From: a virus
DNA: 60,474 nt
Virus record (IMG/VR): IMGVR_UViG_3300045988_152007
Coordinates: 1 to 60,474 of that record
Direction: 5' to 3' (one strand)
Shown here: one piece after another, positions 9,349 through 21,897 of the stretch
Layout of the letters: every line of letters starts with the position of its first letter
How positions within the stretch are numbered: position 1 is the stretch's first letter
The notes under the pieces: model-generated
Database searches by the model: none
The model's input: only the letters and a program-made list of their open reading frames with translations
Told to the model about the DNA's origin: nothing
Position numbers and translations under genes: made by a program

Positions 9349-10249
9349 CAGTGACTCCTAAAATATCTGTTACACAATGTTCAATAAAATCATATTGGTA
9401 TTCTGGTAATAATAAATATCGAGCATAAGTACATATATTATCAATATAATTTAAAGAACGTCCCTCTAATTTATACTATTCAATACCAAGAGGATAATAC
9501 AAATTATAAATATTATCTAATGTTACTGTATTCTTATAAGCAATAACTTCTGGGCTATTAACACTTTTAACTGCTTTACAATTTAATGTATAAGGTTTTC
9601 CATAAGATAAAGCATATTCACTATTGATTTTATAATGATTAATACGATTTGGACAATTAGGAATACAAATTGCATTACATAATAATTCAATTTTATTTTT
9701 TAAATTTAAAGGAATTTGTTTTAAAAAATCTATATTAGAATTTAAATCATAATCTAAACAAATAAATTTATATTGAGCTTTCTTAATTTCATTTAAACTT
9801 TGTTCTAAATTTGTAATTCTTTTAGTGGTTGAAGAAATAAAATTATACTTATTATATTTATTTCTAATATATTCTTCTAACCCTTCATTATTAATTACAA
9901 TTTCATTCAATCCATTATTTCCAATAGCTAAAATGAGATTTTCAAAACGATTATTATAATTTTCTTTAGTTAATAACTAATTTGTAAAAACTAATCTGAC
10001 CGCAATATTATAAGAATTATAAAAATTAAAAATTTCCTCAATATCTTTCTTTAAAGCCTAATGAGTTTTAAAATTAGTAAAAGTTCTGCCGCCTTCCCAA
10101 GAACAAAATTGGAAATTTCCATAACAAGCATGAATTGTAATATTTTTATTAAAAATTTCTGGCTATTTATTAAGTTGTTCAATTGTTAATTTATTTAATT
10201 GGTATGTTTCATACATACCTGGTAAATTAAAATTAATCATTACTTATAT
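9308..10249 (-). CDS. hypothetical protein, paralog family A, in-frame TAGs
   Basis: ATG 10247-10249 (MINFNLPGMYETY...); the frame includes ORF 9476..9910, which ends in TAG. Confidence 0.5.
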
Positions 10250-10250
10250 T

Positions 10251-11099
10251 TTATCTCCTTATAAATAATTCTTGAAAGGCATATTCTTTAAATTCTGGTT
10301 TAATAAAATAATTAATTAAAAATAGACCGTATTCATTTTCATTGTTAGAGAAATAATCTATTAAAAAATTAGTGATACCCATAGGGATATAAATATCTTT
10401 AATTTCTTTAATCGTTATATATTGTTTATTATTTATAGAATTTTTACAATTACAAAATGTAGGTTCAAATGTATAATTTAATATATTATTATTTTCTACT
10501 ATTGGACATTGAAAATAATTTTTACATTTTGGATTACAAAGATTATTAACTGGAATTATAATATTTTCTTTATTATTAATTTCATTTAAATATTGCTGTG
10601 AAGTTTTAAACTCGTTAGGGATTATTATATATAATGGATTTAAATTTTGATGAAAATTATTTATAATATCGGGAGTAAGAGGATATAAGATATTAGCATT
10701 TTTAGAAATAACATATTTCAAATTAGGAAATTTGTTATTTATATAATTTAATAAATCTAAATTACTAATTTCAAAAATGCAATTATTTGGTAATAATTTT
10801 AAAATTACATTACTCATTACATCATAGAAATCTGATTTTTCTAATAAAATATTAGAAAAATCTAACCACAAAGGTAAATTACTTTGCTTAATTATTAATT
10901 CTATATTAGGATACAATAAAGTATCACCAACCATGTTATTTAATCCTCCATTCCAAATATTATAAGGGAATGTCCCTCTAATATAGGAAAAAACTATGTT
11001 TTTATCAAGAAGCCAATTAGTATGGCTTCTTGATAAATTAATAAATTTATCATTTACAGTATGAAAATAGTAAAAATCAGGTAAGGTAAATTTAATCAA
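10251..11099 (-). CDS. hypothetical protein, paralog family A (282 aa)
   Basis: ORF track; FPYNIWNGG motif shared with 7057..7932. Confidence 0.65.
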   Translation of the reverse strand: MIKFTLPDFYYFHTVNDKFINLSRSHTNWLLDKNIVFSYIRGTFPYNIWNGGLNNMVGDTLLYPNIELIIKQSNLPLWLDFSNILLEKSDFYDVMSNVILKLLPNNCIFEISNLDLLNYINNKFPNLKYVISKNANILYPLTPDIINNFHQNLNPLYIIIPNEFKTSQQYLNEINNKENIIIPVNNLCNPKCKNYFQCPIVENNNILNYTFEPTFCNCKNSINNKQYITIKEIKDIYIPMGITNFLIDYFSNNENEYGLFLINYFIKPEFKEYAFQELFIRR

Positions 11100-11102
11100 T
11101 TT

Positions 11103-11360
11103 TATTCTCCTATAGAATATAGCTAATTTGTTAATTTATTTAATTCTTTTGAATAATCTATATTTAAATCTTTTAGTCGTAAATCCTAATTCTATAATAA
11201 ATTTGCTAAGGTATAAATTATTTTTTTATTGACTTCTGGATTTGGTTCTTCTAAAGTAACCATATTATTGTATATAACAAATAATAAATCCATATATCCC
11301 TTATTTTCTTTTATAATATTATTTGTAATTTCTTTTAAAATATTATCTAAATTATCCATT
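11103..11360 (-). CDS. small hypothetical protein (MDNLDNILKE...) with TAGs
   Basis: Hand translation; start overlaps the stop of the upstream gene. Confidence 0.3.
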
Positions 11361-12641
11361 TAAATCATACCCCAATTCTATAGCTATGTTTTCTATTACT
11401 TTTGGTAATATTTTTTGATCTTTCGCACTTTTCAAAACTCCAGTTTCAAAATATAATTTAAATAAATAATTATATTTTTCTTGAAATAAATTACAAACTG
11501 ATAAACAAGGGATAGAAAAATCACCATAAGTTTCTATCTAAGCTCCCAAACATCCTTTAATACAGACATCTCTACACCAGCATTCTAAACATCTTGGAGC
11601 ATAAACAGGGTTAAAAGATTTCATTCCTATATAAGCTGTGGCATTATCACTTATTAAATCAATTATCTCTGTTTTTTCATCATTTATTTTAAAATGTCCA
11701 CCAATTAAATGATTATAACAAGTACGATGACAAGGAACGATAGCTAAATCTCCAACCCTTATATGGACAGTAGACTACAATGCACAGCTTATTCGGTTAT
11801 GTCTGTCTTCTTTATCTGATAAATTCATTAATCGTATAGGATCTCCATTGTGCTCATTAAATGTAGGAGTATTATTAGCCCCATCCCCTTTAAACATTGC
11901 ATAAGCCATAGTATTAATATCATTATTGCAATCATTCAATCTATCTTCAAAGATATGTTTTAAGAATTTTTTATAATTCTCTATAGATTCTTGAGTCCAA
12001 TTATTATTTCGAACTTCTAACATATAAGGAGTTTTCTACCATGAATTGTATTCTTTTAATTTCTTTTTAAACCAATCATAAGTTTTAATGGCTTTATCAA
12101 CATTTTGGCTAGAAATCATAGGATGGAAGCCATCATTATTTTCTGTAGCAAATTCAAATAATTTATTAAAATATTCATCATTTAAATCTTTATGTTCTCT
12201 AAATTCAGTGCTATACGGCCCATCAGTAGAAAATGAAAAATGAATTTCTACATTTATATCTTTCATCTTTTGGATATATTTTTTTATTTTTATTACTTTT
12301 TCATTATCAGAAATAAAACTACCATTAGTAGGTATTACTAGTTTACCTTTTTCTTTTATTTTATAAGCAAATTCATACCATTTTTTTAAATACGGAAAAA
12401 ATACATCTAGTATTTCAAAAATTAATCCATCATAAAATAAGTCTCCGGCGAATAATGACCATTCTAAAGGTTTTATTTGTTTTTTATCAAAATAATCTAA
12501 TAATAATTTTAAATTATCTAATATCTAAGAATTAGAAAAATGTTCTGGATATAATTCTTTGCCATAATTAGTTATATAACAATAATCACATTTTTGATTA
12601 CAGTCTTGTCTTATAATTAATTCTAATATTTCATTTTCCAT
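11352..12641 (-). CDS. radical SAM / SPASM-domain protein (anSME-like peptide-modifying enzyme type), in-frame TAGs
   Basis: N-terminal CNQKCDYC and C-terminal Cys-rich CHRTC...CLECWCRDVCIKGC; merges ORFs 11775..12023 and 12036..12266. Confidence 0.55.
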
Positions 12642-12721
12642 CTTTTTTAATTCATGATTAAAAATAAAATTCTAAAATAGAATATTTTCTTCCTATTGGA
12701 AATCAATAGACGTTGTTATCA

Positions 12722-14155
12722 TTATTTTTCCTCCAAAACTTCTTCAATAATTCCATTACAATATCTTCTTAAAAATCCACTATCTCTAAAGAAATAAGAA
12801 CCAGTACTGATTAAACTGTTAAAAAAGCAAGAATGTATAGGTACTAATAATAATGCTGCTTTCATTAAAAATTTATCATCATTAAATTTTTGACTTATCT
12901 AATGCACTTCTCGTAAATTACATAATAAAGAAACAATCTAATTATATACATAAAAAAAACTAGATACAGATAAAGTTTCAAATAAAAAACAACAATTTTT
13001 TATATCTTCATCTTTATCTTTCAATGGATTTATATAATTATGATGATTTGCGGCAAATTGCTTAATAATCCCAATTTTATCATTAGTATTAATATATTCT
13101 GGATTAGTATCATAAAGAGAACTCTAACAATTTACTAATGTTCCATCATATAAAAGTTTTAAGCTTCCTGTTTTTTCTCCGCAATATAAGAATGGAGTTA
13201 AGTTTCTATTATAATTCTTTAATTCTTTATTAGAGAATGCTAAAACTTTATCAAGAGCTTCATCTAAATTAGAACATTCCAAATTTTTTAATAAAAATTT
13301 TTTTGCTTTTCGAGGTAAACACAATAATCCTTCAATAGAGTCTTTATCTGGATTATTAATTTCTGGATAATGTTCTCCAATTGATTTACAAATTTTTATA
13401 AAATTACTCCAATTAATACCATCAATGCTAGAAGTATTAATAGGTAATTCGCTAGAGAAATTTATAGTATTTTTGATAAAAACAGATTTATTTAGATTTA
13501 AATTAGTTAAATATTGAATTTTTTCATTAGCCTAAATAAAATACTATTCTATTTCTTTGTAATTATTATTAAAATGATTTATGAGTTCATTACTAATAAC
13601 TCCATGAGTATTAAGAGCAATAGTAATATTATTAAAACGAATTGTATTTAAAGTTTCTATTAAATATTTTAAATTATTATATACTACTTTAGAATTAGCT
13701 CTTCTTACATTATCAGTACTATAATCTCCATCATAAGAAAACTAAATACAAATAAATGAATGTTTTTTAGTTAAATTATCAAAAGTTTTTAAAAAATCAA
13801 TTATTTTATCAGTATTAGCCATACCATTAGTAGAAGTAAAAAATTCATTAATATTGGGACATAATTCAAAAAAATCTTTTAAATTTTTAGTAAAATGTTC
13901 TAATACTAATGTAGGTTCTTGACCCCAAAAACTTATTTTATGGATATTTAATGGATCAACTTCTAATTTTTTCATAACATTTTTAATATTCTATAAATAA
14001 CTTCCATCTTTAAGAGCCTTTATAGTCTATTCTTGTAACTATTTACTATATTCATTTACAGCCTAAGCTGAATGACAATATTTACAATTTAAATTACATC
14101 CACAAGCTCCAATAATAGATAATTCTTCTATTGAAAAATCCGATATATATTTCAT
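12722..14155 (-). CDS. radical SAM protein 2, in-frame TAGs
   Basis: GACGCNLNCKYCH cluster near the N-terminus; ISFWGQEPTL glycine-rich SAM motif; merges ORFs 13124..13324 and 13742..13975. Confidence 0.5.
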
Positions 14156-14175
14156 TCCTTTTTCTCCTTTAAATG

Positions 14176-14691
14176 TTAAGTGTGACTAGAACCGTAATGA
14201 CTAGAGCATCCATGAGATGTACACCAGGTTTGATTAACCCCTGACCAATAGGAAGAATGATAACCTGAACCATCATGAGAAGAATTATAAGAAGTATCCC
14301 ATCCTGCTCCATAATTAGAACTATCCCAACTACTATTATATCCACTACCTCTATGGCTAGCATTATAACTCGCATCATGAGCGCAAGTATCATTTATGCT
14401 TCTAATTGTAGTAGTAAATCTATTAAAAATAATAGGACTAATTAAATCTCCTGCCGAAGGAGGATTTTCACTAATATTTGCTCTTGAACCAACATAACTG
14501 CTACTGGAAAAAGATTCTATATACTTATTTAAATTCTGAGCTAATTGAGCCATAGCTTGTGTTGACTATCCTCCAGGAGTCGCTTGAAAATCACTCTAAC
14601 TAGGGAAAAATTTTTTTCTTGCGGTATTTAAATTAGTAAAAATAGTCTAAATATCACTCCAATTTATTTTAGAGTTTGAACTAATTGCCAT
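14176..14691 (-). CDS. Ser/Gly/Tyr/His-rich small protein with Cys-containing C-terminus (possible modified-peptide substrate)
   Basis: ORF 14176..14553 extends through TAGs to ATG 14689-14691 after GGAGG. Confidence 0.5.
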
Positions 14692-15745
14692 ATTTTTCCT
14701 CCTCGTATTTTATAAAATCAATATACTCTTTGTTAATAAATTGTTTAATTAGTTTATTATTATCAAGTATATGATTTCCTTTATTAAATAGACTATTTAA
14801 ATTAAATAATACAGTATTATTTAATTTAATAAAATCTTCTTTTTTTATTTTATTTAATAAATCTTTATAAAACAATGATAACTTATTAAACAAAATTTTA
14901 TCATTAATTAAAATTAAACAAATAAGACTTAAACAAATTGCTTCTTCTTGTTTTATATCTTTTAGATATTCTTTGTCTTTATCAGTTACTTCTTCTATTA
15001 TAGATAAATTTACAATAATTTTATTAAAAATATGTTCGAAAATAAAATGATTATTTTCATATTTTTTATTTGTTAAATATTGTCTATAAAAATAAGTAAA
15101 AACAATTAATTCATTTATTGTCATATATAAAAAATTAATATCTTTACCCATACTTTCATTATTTCTATTATATACGTAAATAGGCTATTCTAAGAAGGGA
15201 ATTGCACCATTATAAAAATCAAAAATCTATAATGATAAAAATCTATCTTCATTATAAATAAATTTGCCATAAGAAAAATTATTTTTTATAAAAAATTCTC
15301 TATTATATAAATAACTATGAGCGTCATGGATAAATTCATTTTTATCATAGGTCTATCCATTTACAATTCCATAATTATTATTTTCAGCATATATATATAA
15401 ATTTTCTAAAGCCTTATTATCATAAAAATAATCATCACTATCTAAACAGAAAAAATACTTATTGAAGCTATTATTAATTCCTAGAGTCCTAGCTGATGCA
15501 GGGCCTGATTTAGTTTTCTAAGTATCTAATAATATTATATTGTATATATTATTATAAGTTTTATAAAATTCATATACATATTTTTTATCTGGAGAATTAT
15601 CACTAATTAAATAGATTACACAATCATTAATAATACTTTGTTTAAAGACAGAATCTAAACATTTCTAAAAATATATTTTATTTATTGTATAAAAAGGAAT
15701 TATAATATCAATTTTTCCTTCGTTGCGCTTTCTAAATGTCCTCAT
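14681..15745 (-). CDS. family 2 glycosyltransferase-like protein; may be the C-terminal part of a fusion with the upstream radical SAM domain
   Basis: IIIPFY...DSDDYF (DXD) motifs; frame is continuous with 15746..16645 when TAG is sense. Confidence 0.45.
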
Positions 15746-16645
15746 TTTATCAGGAGCATACCAAGAATCAACGTTATTCCAAGATTTCTTTTTTGAAAAA
15801 TCCTAAAAATTAGAAAAATCAACAAATTTTTTATAATATTCATTATAATTTGTTAAGAATAATTCTTTTTCTGTTTTAGTATATTCATCATAAGTTTTAG
15901 TCGATTGATCCCAATCAACCACATCTCCTGGCCGACAATATTTACATATATTTTTTTCACATAATTTTAAATTCTATAAATCTTGTAAATTTGTTTTTTC
16001 TGTTAGTTTTATAAAATCTTTATTTTCTATTAATGGAATTTGTTTAAAAAAATAATTACAAAAATTATTTATGTGTGCCCCAAACTGACAAAAATATATT
16101 TTAAAATCTTTTAATGTAAAGCAAGGAATCCTATTTGGACAACTATATATACGAGTTTTATTATCTTGTTTACCTAAAGGGTCAACCAATGTCTAATCAA
16201 AGAAAAATCTATCATTTAAATATGAGATATTTTTATTATTGCTAAAATCTTTGTAGTCTTGATTAGGATATTTAGAAATACTTATATGTATATTTAATTC
16301 TTCTAATTTTTTTAATTTTTTTGTATCATAATTATTTAAAATTATACCATTAGTTAATATCTTTATTTCTATCTCTGGGAGAATATTTCTAGCTATCTAA
16401 CATAATTCTATTAAATTAGGATGTAAAAATGGTTCTCCCCCTAATAGCATTAAAACTTTAATAGAAGGCAAAGTTTTTTTTACTAATTTTAGCTAATTTT
16501 GAAAATCTTCGTAAGTAATAAAAAATGGAGAAGCCAAAGGAGAAAAATGATTACAATTATTACATTGTAAGTTGCAATGGTCTACTAAATGAATTTCTAA
16601 TTCAAATCCATCAAAAACTGTAGGCCAAAATGCTCTAGTAGGTCC
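15746..16645 (-). CDS. radical SAM domain protein 3, possible GTG start
   Basis: LVDHCNLQCNNCNHF and MLLGGEPFLHP motifs; same frame as ORF 15974..16189. Confidence 0.4.
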
Positions 16646-16746
16646 ATCTCTATACTAATTTATTTTATTCACCTTCTTTTTTTATTATTATATAAAAAAA
16701 ATGCTTGAAAAGCAAATTTTAAGAACAAGCTTTTCAAGCATTGATG

Positions 16747-17070
16747 TTAAACAAAATGAATAATTAAATTATTAATTTGGACTCCATTATCATTCATAAT
16801 AAAAATTTCATCTACTTTATTATAATTATTATATTCCCAAATTAGTTCTTCATTATCATTATAAACTTTTATATTTTCAATTTTATCTAATTCCATAAGC
16901 CATCCTAACATTTGTTTTATATTATAATTAGATGGCACATTTCCTCTAGCTGCTTCTAATAAAAACATTGTTTTTGGCTAATCATCAGAAGCAGGATGGT
17001 AAGCTCGTTCTGTAACAAAACTTAAATTATCAATAGGTTTATCAACTAAATTATTAATTATAATTTTCAT
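16747..17070 (-). CDS. hypothetical protein (~107 aa), one TAG
   Basis: ATG at 17070 after GGAGAAAG; includes ORF 16747..16968. Confidence 0.5.
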
Positions 17071-17103
17071 TTTTCTTTCTCCTTTTATTTTTTATTAGCC
17101 CCA

Positions 17104-17532
17104 AGCAACTGGGATAGGTTTCCATGAATCGCTTGATGATGTACGATATTTCAATACTCCATTACTAGAAATATCTACCCAAATAAGAGCAGATGAAGAA
17201 GAAGGAGCAGTAGTCCCAATATAAATCTAATTGTTTGACGTAAAACCAACAGTAGGAGTTATAGTTGGATTACTATTATCCACATAATTTTTAGTAGCTA
17301 TATCATTACCAGATATTGGGACATAGTTATTCGCCATCTAAATTTTACCATTGGCGCTCATTACATTTACTTCATCTTTATAAAGACGCTATTCAAAATC
17401 ATCGTCTATAATTACTAATGATTGTTCTTCATTTAACTAATTATCCTCTTTTAATTGTCTATATAAAGCTCTAGTAGGGATTTGATTGATAGAAAGAGTA
17501 TTTAAATTTGTACTAGTTTTTGAAGCCATTTG
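17104..17532 (-). CDS. small tail-associated protein sharing a C-terminal domain with 21898..22890
   Basis: ATG ~17532 after AGGAGG; shared IYIG..LIWVD..KYR..VAW motif. Confidence 0.45.
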
Positions 17533-17572
17533 TATACCTCCTTCTTACTTTTTCTTTCTTATATAAATAAAA

Positions 17573-17607
17573 AATAGGACATAATAATTTAATTATTATG
17601 TCCTATT
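17573..17607 (-). terminator. hairpin AATAGGACATAATAATT...AATTATTATGTCCTATT followed by a T-run on the minus strand
   Basis: 17-bp stem; sits downstream of the tail-fibre gene and between the promoter 17667..17695 and the next gene start. Confidence 0.5.
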
Positions 17608-17666
17608 CAAGAAAGGGGGTGAGTTAAATGCTGTAAATAAAAAATTTATTTCTTATTTACATTTAT

Positions 17667-17695
17667 ATTATATAAAATAATTTTTTAAAAATCAA
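17667..17695 (-). promoter_or_regulatory. sigma70-type promoter TTGATT-N17-TATAAT (minus strand)
   Basis: Motif family member. Confidence 0.45.
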
Positions 17696-17707
17696 ATTTT
17701 ATAATGC

Positions 17708-20428
17708 CTAACTCCATGTGTTTGCGGCAGTTTTTGCCCATATACCTTTTATTTTATGCCAGCCGGTCAAGGTAACAGCAGGTCCGCCAGTGAAGGTGCC
17801 TGTTCCGGCGTTTTTATAGAATACTTTATTTATTTTATCCCATAGACCATAAATATTAGTTGTAGTTTTAACTGGAATAAAATCGCGGACTAAAGTGTTT
17901 CCATCATAAATTTGACAAGAATATAATTTTGCACTTAAAAAGTATTTAGCGGTTCCAACATCATTTAATGCCAATAAAAACATATTAGTTGTAGCATTTA
18001 CTGTGCTAGAAGTATTGGTAATCATAATATTATTAAATGAACATATATTTTTATTTTTATCAATATTTGTTATTTGCATAACAGTAGGAGTTTCAGCAGT
18101 TAATGATGAACCAAAATAATCACTACGATATAATGTAGCGGCTGGAATTGCAGCATTATAAGCTTGAGAAGCAGTAGGAAAAGTAGCATTTCTTGTGCCA
18201 AAAAATGCACTCCAAGTACTCCAAGACATTGGTTCAGCTTTCATAATAGTGCGAGTTGTAGCTTTGGGAATAAAATTACTATCAATATACTATGTGCCAC
18301 TAGACTATATATATTCAATCGGTGTTCCTATTGCTGCAATAGCAGATTTTTCTGTGCCTGCTGTAAAATTGCCACCATTTTCATCAGTATAAAATTTAAG
18401 ATTAACTTTATCCCATAAGCCAGCTTTCCCATCAGATATCCTTCTAGCTGGGATGAAATCACGAACTAATGTACCATTATCATATATTTTACAAGAATAT
18501 AATTTCATTGAAGCTTTATTATAATTGCCACCATTATTTACACTAAATAAATATAAATTATTTCCATCCTTTGAGAAATCACTAGAATTTGGAGTAACAG
18601 TTATTTTGCTAGTGTCAATGCTCCATATATTATTAGTATTATTTGAAATATATTTTCTTTTCCCAGTTAATTCTGCAAGCGTTTTATTATTACTTCCATA
18701 ATAAGCATACATAGTCGTATTTTGTCTCCACCAAGAAAAATATGAACCACTAGTATAATCACCTAGTATCATAACCCATCCACTCGCAGCAGATACATCT
18801 ATATCAGCTTCAACCTTTAGGTTTTTTGAAGCTTTAATGCCAGTGTCAATATATTGTGTACCGGTACTTTCAATGTATTCTAATTCAACTAATCCACTAG
18901 AAATAGTAGTACTACTTCCAGTATTTACGAACATTTGTACTGGTTCTTTCCAATTATTCGAAGTAGTTTTCACTAAAGTATTTCCAGAACTAGCTTCTAT
19001 AACGGTAATACGTATATAGCCATTACCTGCATGGCCTGTTTCACTTGTACCTGTTGGAGAAATAAATGCAGCATTTCCTGCTAATATAGTAGCATTAGTT
19101 AAATAATAAGATGAATTCAATAAACAACCAGAAGGATAATAAGAGGCTGAGCTGGAAGTGTACATATAACCAGAACCACCACCTCCAACACCGATAGCAC
19201 CACCGCCGCCATACCAGCCGCCGCCCCCTCCTGAGCCATAATAAGTGTTTGAACCACTATTATAATTTCCACCTTGTCCGAAGCTTCCTGCAGTAGTATA
19301 ATTAGAATAACTAGTATTTGCTGCACCACCCTAGGTTTGGCTACCACCACCACCATACCAGCTGCTACCACTAGATGAGTCTTGATTATTATATGTCTTG
19401 CCTGATATTCCTCCACCAGCAAAACCAGCCAAACTAGTATAGCCACTAGAACCACTGCCACCACCAGCGACTAAAACTCTAGCATATAAAGAATCGACAG
19501 CAATGCGAATATCTGTGCCGCCGCCACCGCTTCCTCGACTATTAACTGAGGTAGCAGAACCGCCTCCATTGAATCCTCCAGCAGTGGTTGCTCCATTTGA
19601 ATTATAAGTAGTTCCATTAAGGCCCTATCCACCGGTATATAAATATAAATTAGTTTTCTTATTTAGAGTTATAATTCCTTTACTATAACCGCCTTTACCG
19701 CCAGGCTAGGAAGTATTATTAGTTCCATTGCCTCCCTAGGCGCCCCAGCATTCTAATTGATACTATCCTTTTGGAAGAATTACTGATTTCATAGACCCAC
19801 TATAAGGACAATTTAATATATCACCAGTCTATATTTTTGTAGGAGTTGTAACAGTTAAATCATATTTATTAGGAGCTTCATATTGAATTGTTTTATTACC
19901 AGCAAAATATTCAATATTAGTATTGCACCATTCCTGAGTAGGTTCATTACCTGTGCCGAATGCAGCAGTTAAATCAATAAGCATAGCATCATCAATATAT
20001 GCTACTGTATTTCCCACCATGCCTTCAAAATCAAATCTAAATTGAGCTGTCTAATTATCATTCCAGTTAGCACGTACATTATGCCAACTTAATCGCTGCC
20101 ATTGATTTAATTTAGTTTTATCTACTTTAGCAATACCTACTAATGGTTCTGCTATTGGCCAATAACATTGCATTTCAGAACATACATTAACAGTTTCATA
20201 AAAATAAACACTTATATAATATATATGATTTTTTCTGATAGCATATGTGTCAGAGGTTACAATTAATGATTTAGAACTTGAGGTAGATGTGACTTTTAAG
20301 CTATAAGAGCCGGAATGTTTAGGAGAGGTGGCGTAACTAACTGAGCAAGCTGAATTAGCAGTCCAACCTGTCTTTTCAAAACTTGGATTAGTTAATAAAT
20401 TAGTTAAAGTAATTGTTTGTTTTGCCAA
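17708..20428 (-). CDS. large tail fibre (907 aa): N-terminal CBM-like domain, Gly-rich region, two C-terminal repeats (LYSC.IYD.GTLVRDFIP...GLWDK.N..FY); many in-frame TAG
   Basis: 2721 nt, exactly in frame from ATG 20428 to the stop at 17708; joins ORFs 20051..20428, 19829..20020, 18305..19165 and 17708..18244. Confidence 0.6.
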
Positions 20429-20443
20429 TTAAATCAACTCCTT

Positions 20444-20882
20444 AATTTGTATCATATTGTATCCAAATATCGCCGATATTACCATCTGATGCTGTTGGTT
20501 CTGCAGTAGATATTAATATTGGGCGTAAATATTTTACTGATGCAGTAATTGGAGTAGTGCCATTCCAAGTCATTGGTGTAGTTATTCCTGTTGGCTATTC
20601 GATTGTTACTGACGGAGACCAAGTATTAGTAGAAGTTAAGGTTAGATATTTAGTATTCGTAGTAGAATAACCTCTATTACGGAAATCTCTATAATAAAAT
20701 TTTATAGTATTACTACCAGTAGGGATTTCAGTTAGCATATAAATATCTGAATTAAATACTACAATAATATCTTTACCACTGTCCCAAGCATCTTTAATTT
20801 CTTTATAAGTGGTAATATCTTTAGTTGCGATAAATACGCCACCTGCATTTTCAATCTATTCTATAAGTTTAGGTTTAGACAT
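20444..20882 (-). CDS. hypothetical structural protein (~145 aa)
   Basis: ATG 20882 after AGGAGG. Confidence 0.4.
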
Positions 20883-20895
20883 TTAAAAACCTCCT

Positions 20896-21882
20896 TTAAT
20901 TATTAAATTTAGGAATCGCTATATAATAATAAGTATAACCGTTATTATTGAATATACTAGTATAATAACTACTAGCAGCAGTAATAATAACTGATTTTGA
21001 ATTCCAAGTAAAGCTAACATAAGTGCCATTATTGTTAGGAAATGGGTATTTCATTCCTTGTATGCCACACATATAATTTTGAGCAGTACCAGCGTTAGTT
21101 TGCACCATAAATAGCATCAAATAAGCAGGTTCAAAATTAAAATTAAGAGTTTTTATTAAAGCATTATTTCCTATATAACTTCCAACATAAGCTCCTTTGA
21201 TACTTATATCGCCAGTCATTCCATTTACTGATCTAACCAAATGAGATGTAAGATATCCAGCATCATTAGTTAATTGACTTACTTTAGAAATTTTGTTATT
21301 CTATATCTACTAATCAACATATTTTTTATCGGTTAAGTCTCCAGTATTAGATGGTGTATAAGTACTATTCATAGTTATTTTGCCTGTTGTCATAATATTA
21401 TTTTTTGAGGTTAATAGCATTTCATTCATATCTTTTGGCAATTCATTTATTTTATTATCAATAGCCTAAATAGTATCATTTTTTATAATCTATAAGTCAT
21501 TTATCACATCTAATAAATAGTCTTCTGGTTCTATTCCTCGAATATTAAGAACAATAATACTATCATTAGCTGATGCCGCAAAATCTAATAACTTAATTTT
21601 ATTATCTTGAATTGTATAGTTTATATTTTTAGTCATTAATATACCATTAAAAAATATATTTAAATCTTCAGGATTTTCAACAGTAAAAGGAAAAGTAAAT
21701 GTTGTATCTCCTTCTTGTGCAATGAAAGAATATTTATAAGGAAGGTCATCTTCTTTATTTACAATGTATATTTCATCATTATTTACTTTTCCTTGTTTCA
21801 CCATTTGATTATAAATTTTCCTAGATGGAACTTTATTTATAACTAAAGAATCTAATAATTTTTCATTGTTTTTTATTTCCAT
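20896..21882 (-). CDS. tail protein (328 aa) joined across TAGs
   Basis: 987 nt in frame; joins ORFs 21490..21882 and 20896..21240. Confidence 0.55.
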
Positions 21883-21897
21883 CTATTATTCTCCTTA

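Noticed and set aside
19117-19464. Minus-strand ORF 19117..19464 (V/L/A-rich) and 14169..14393
   Set aside because: These are alternative frames of the Gly-rich region of the tail fibre and of the Ser/Gly-rich protein. The real frame is the one continuous with the flanking ORFs.
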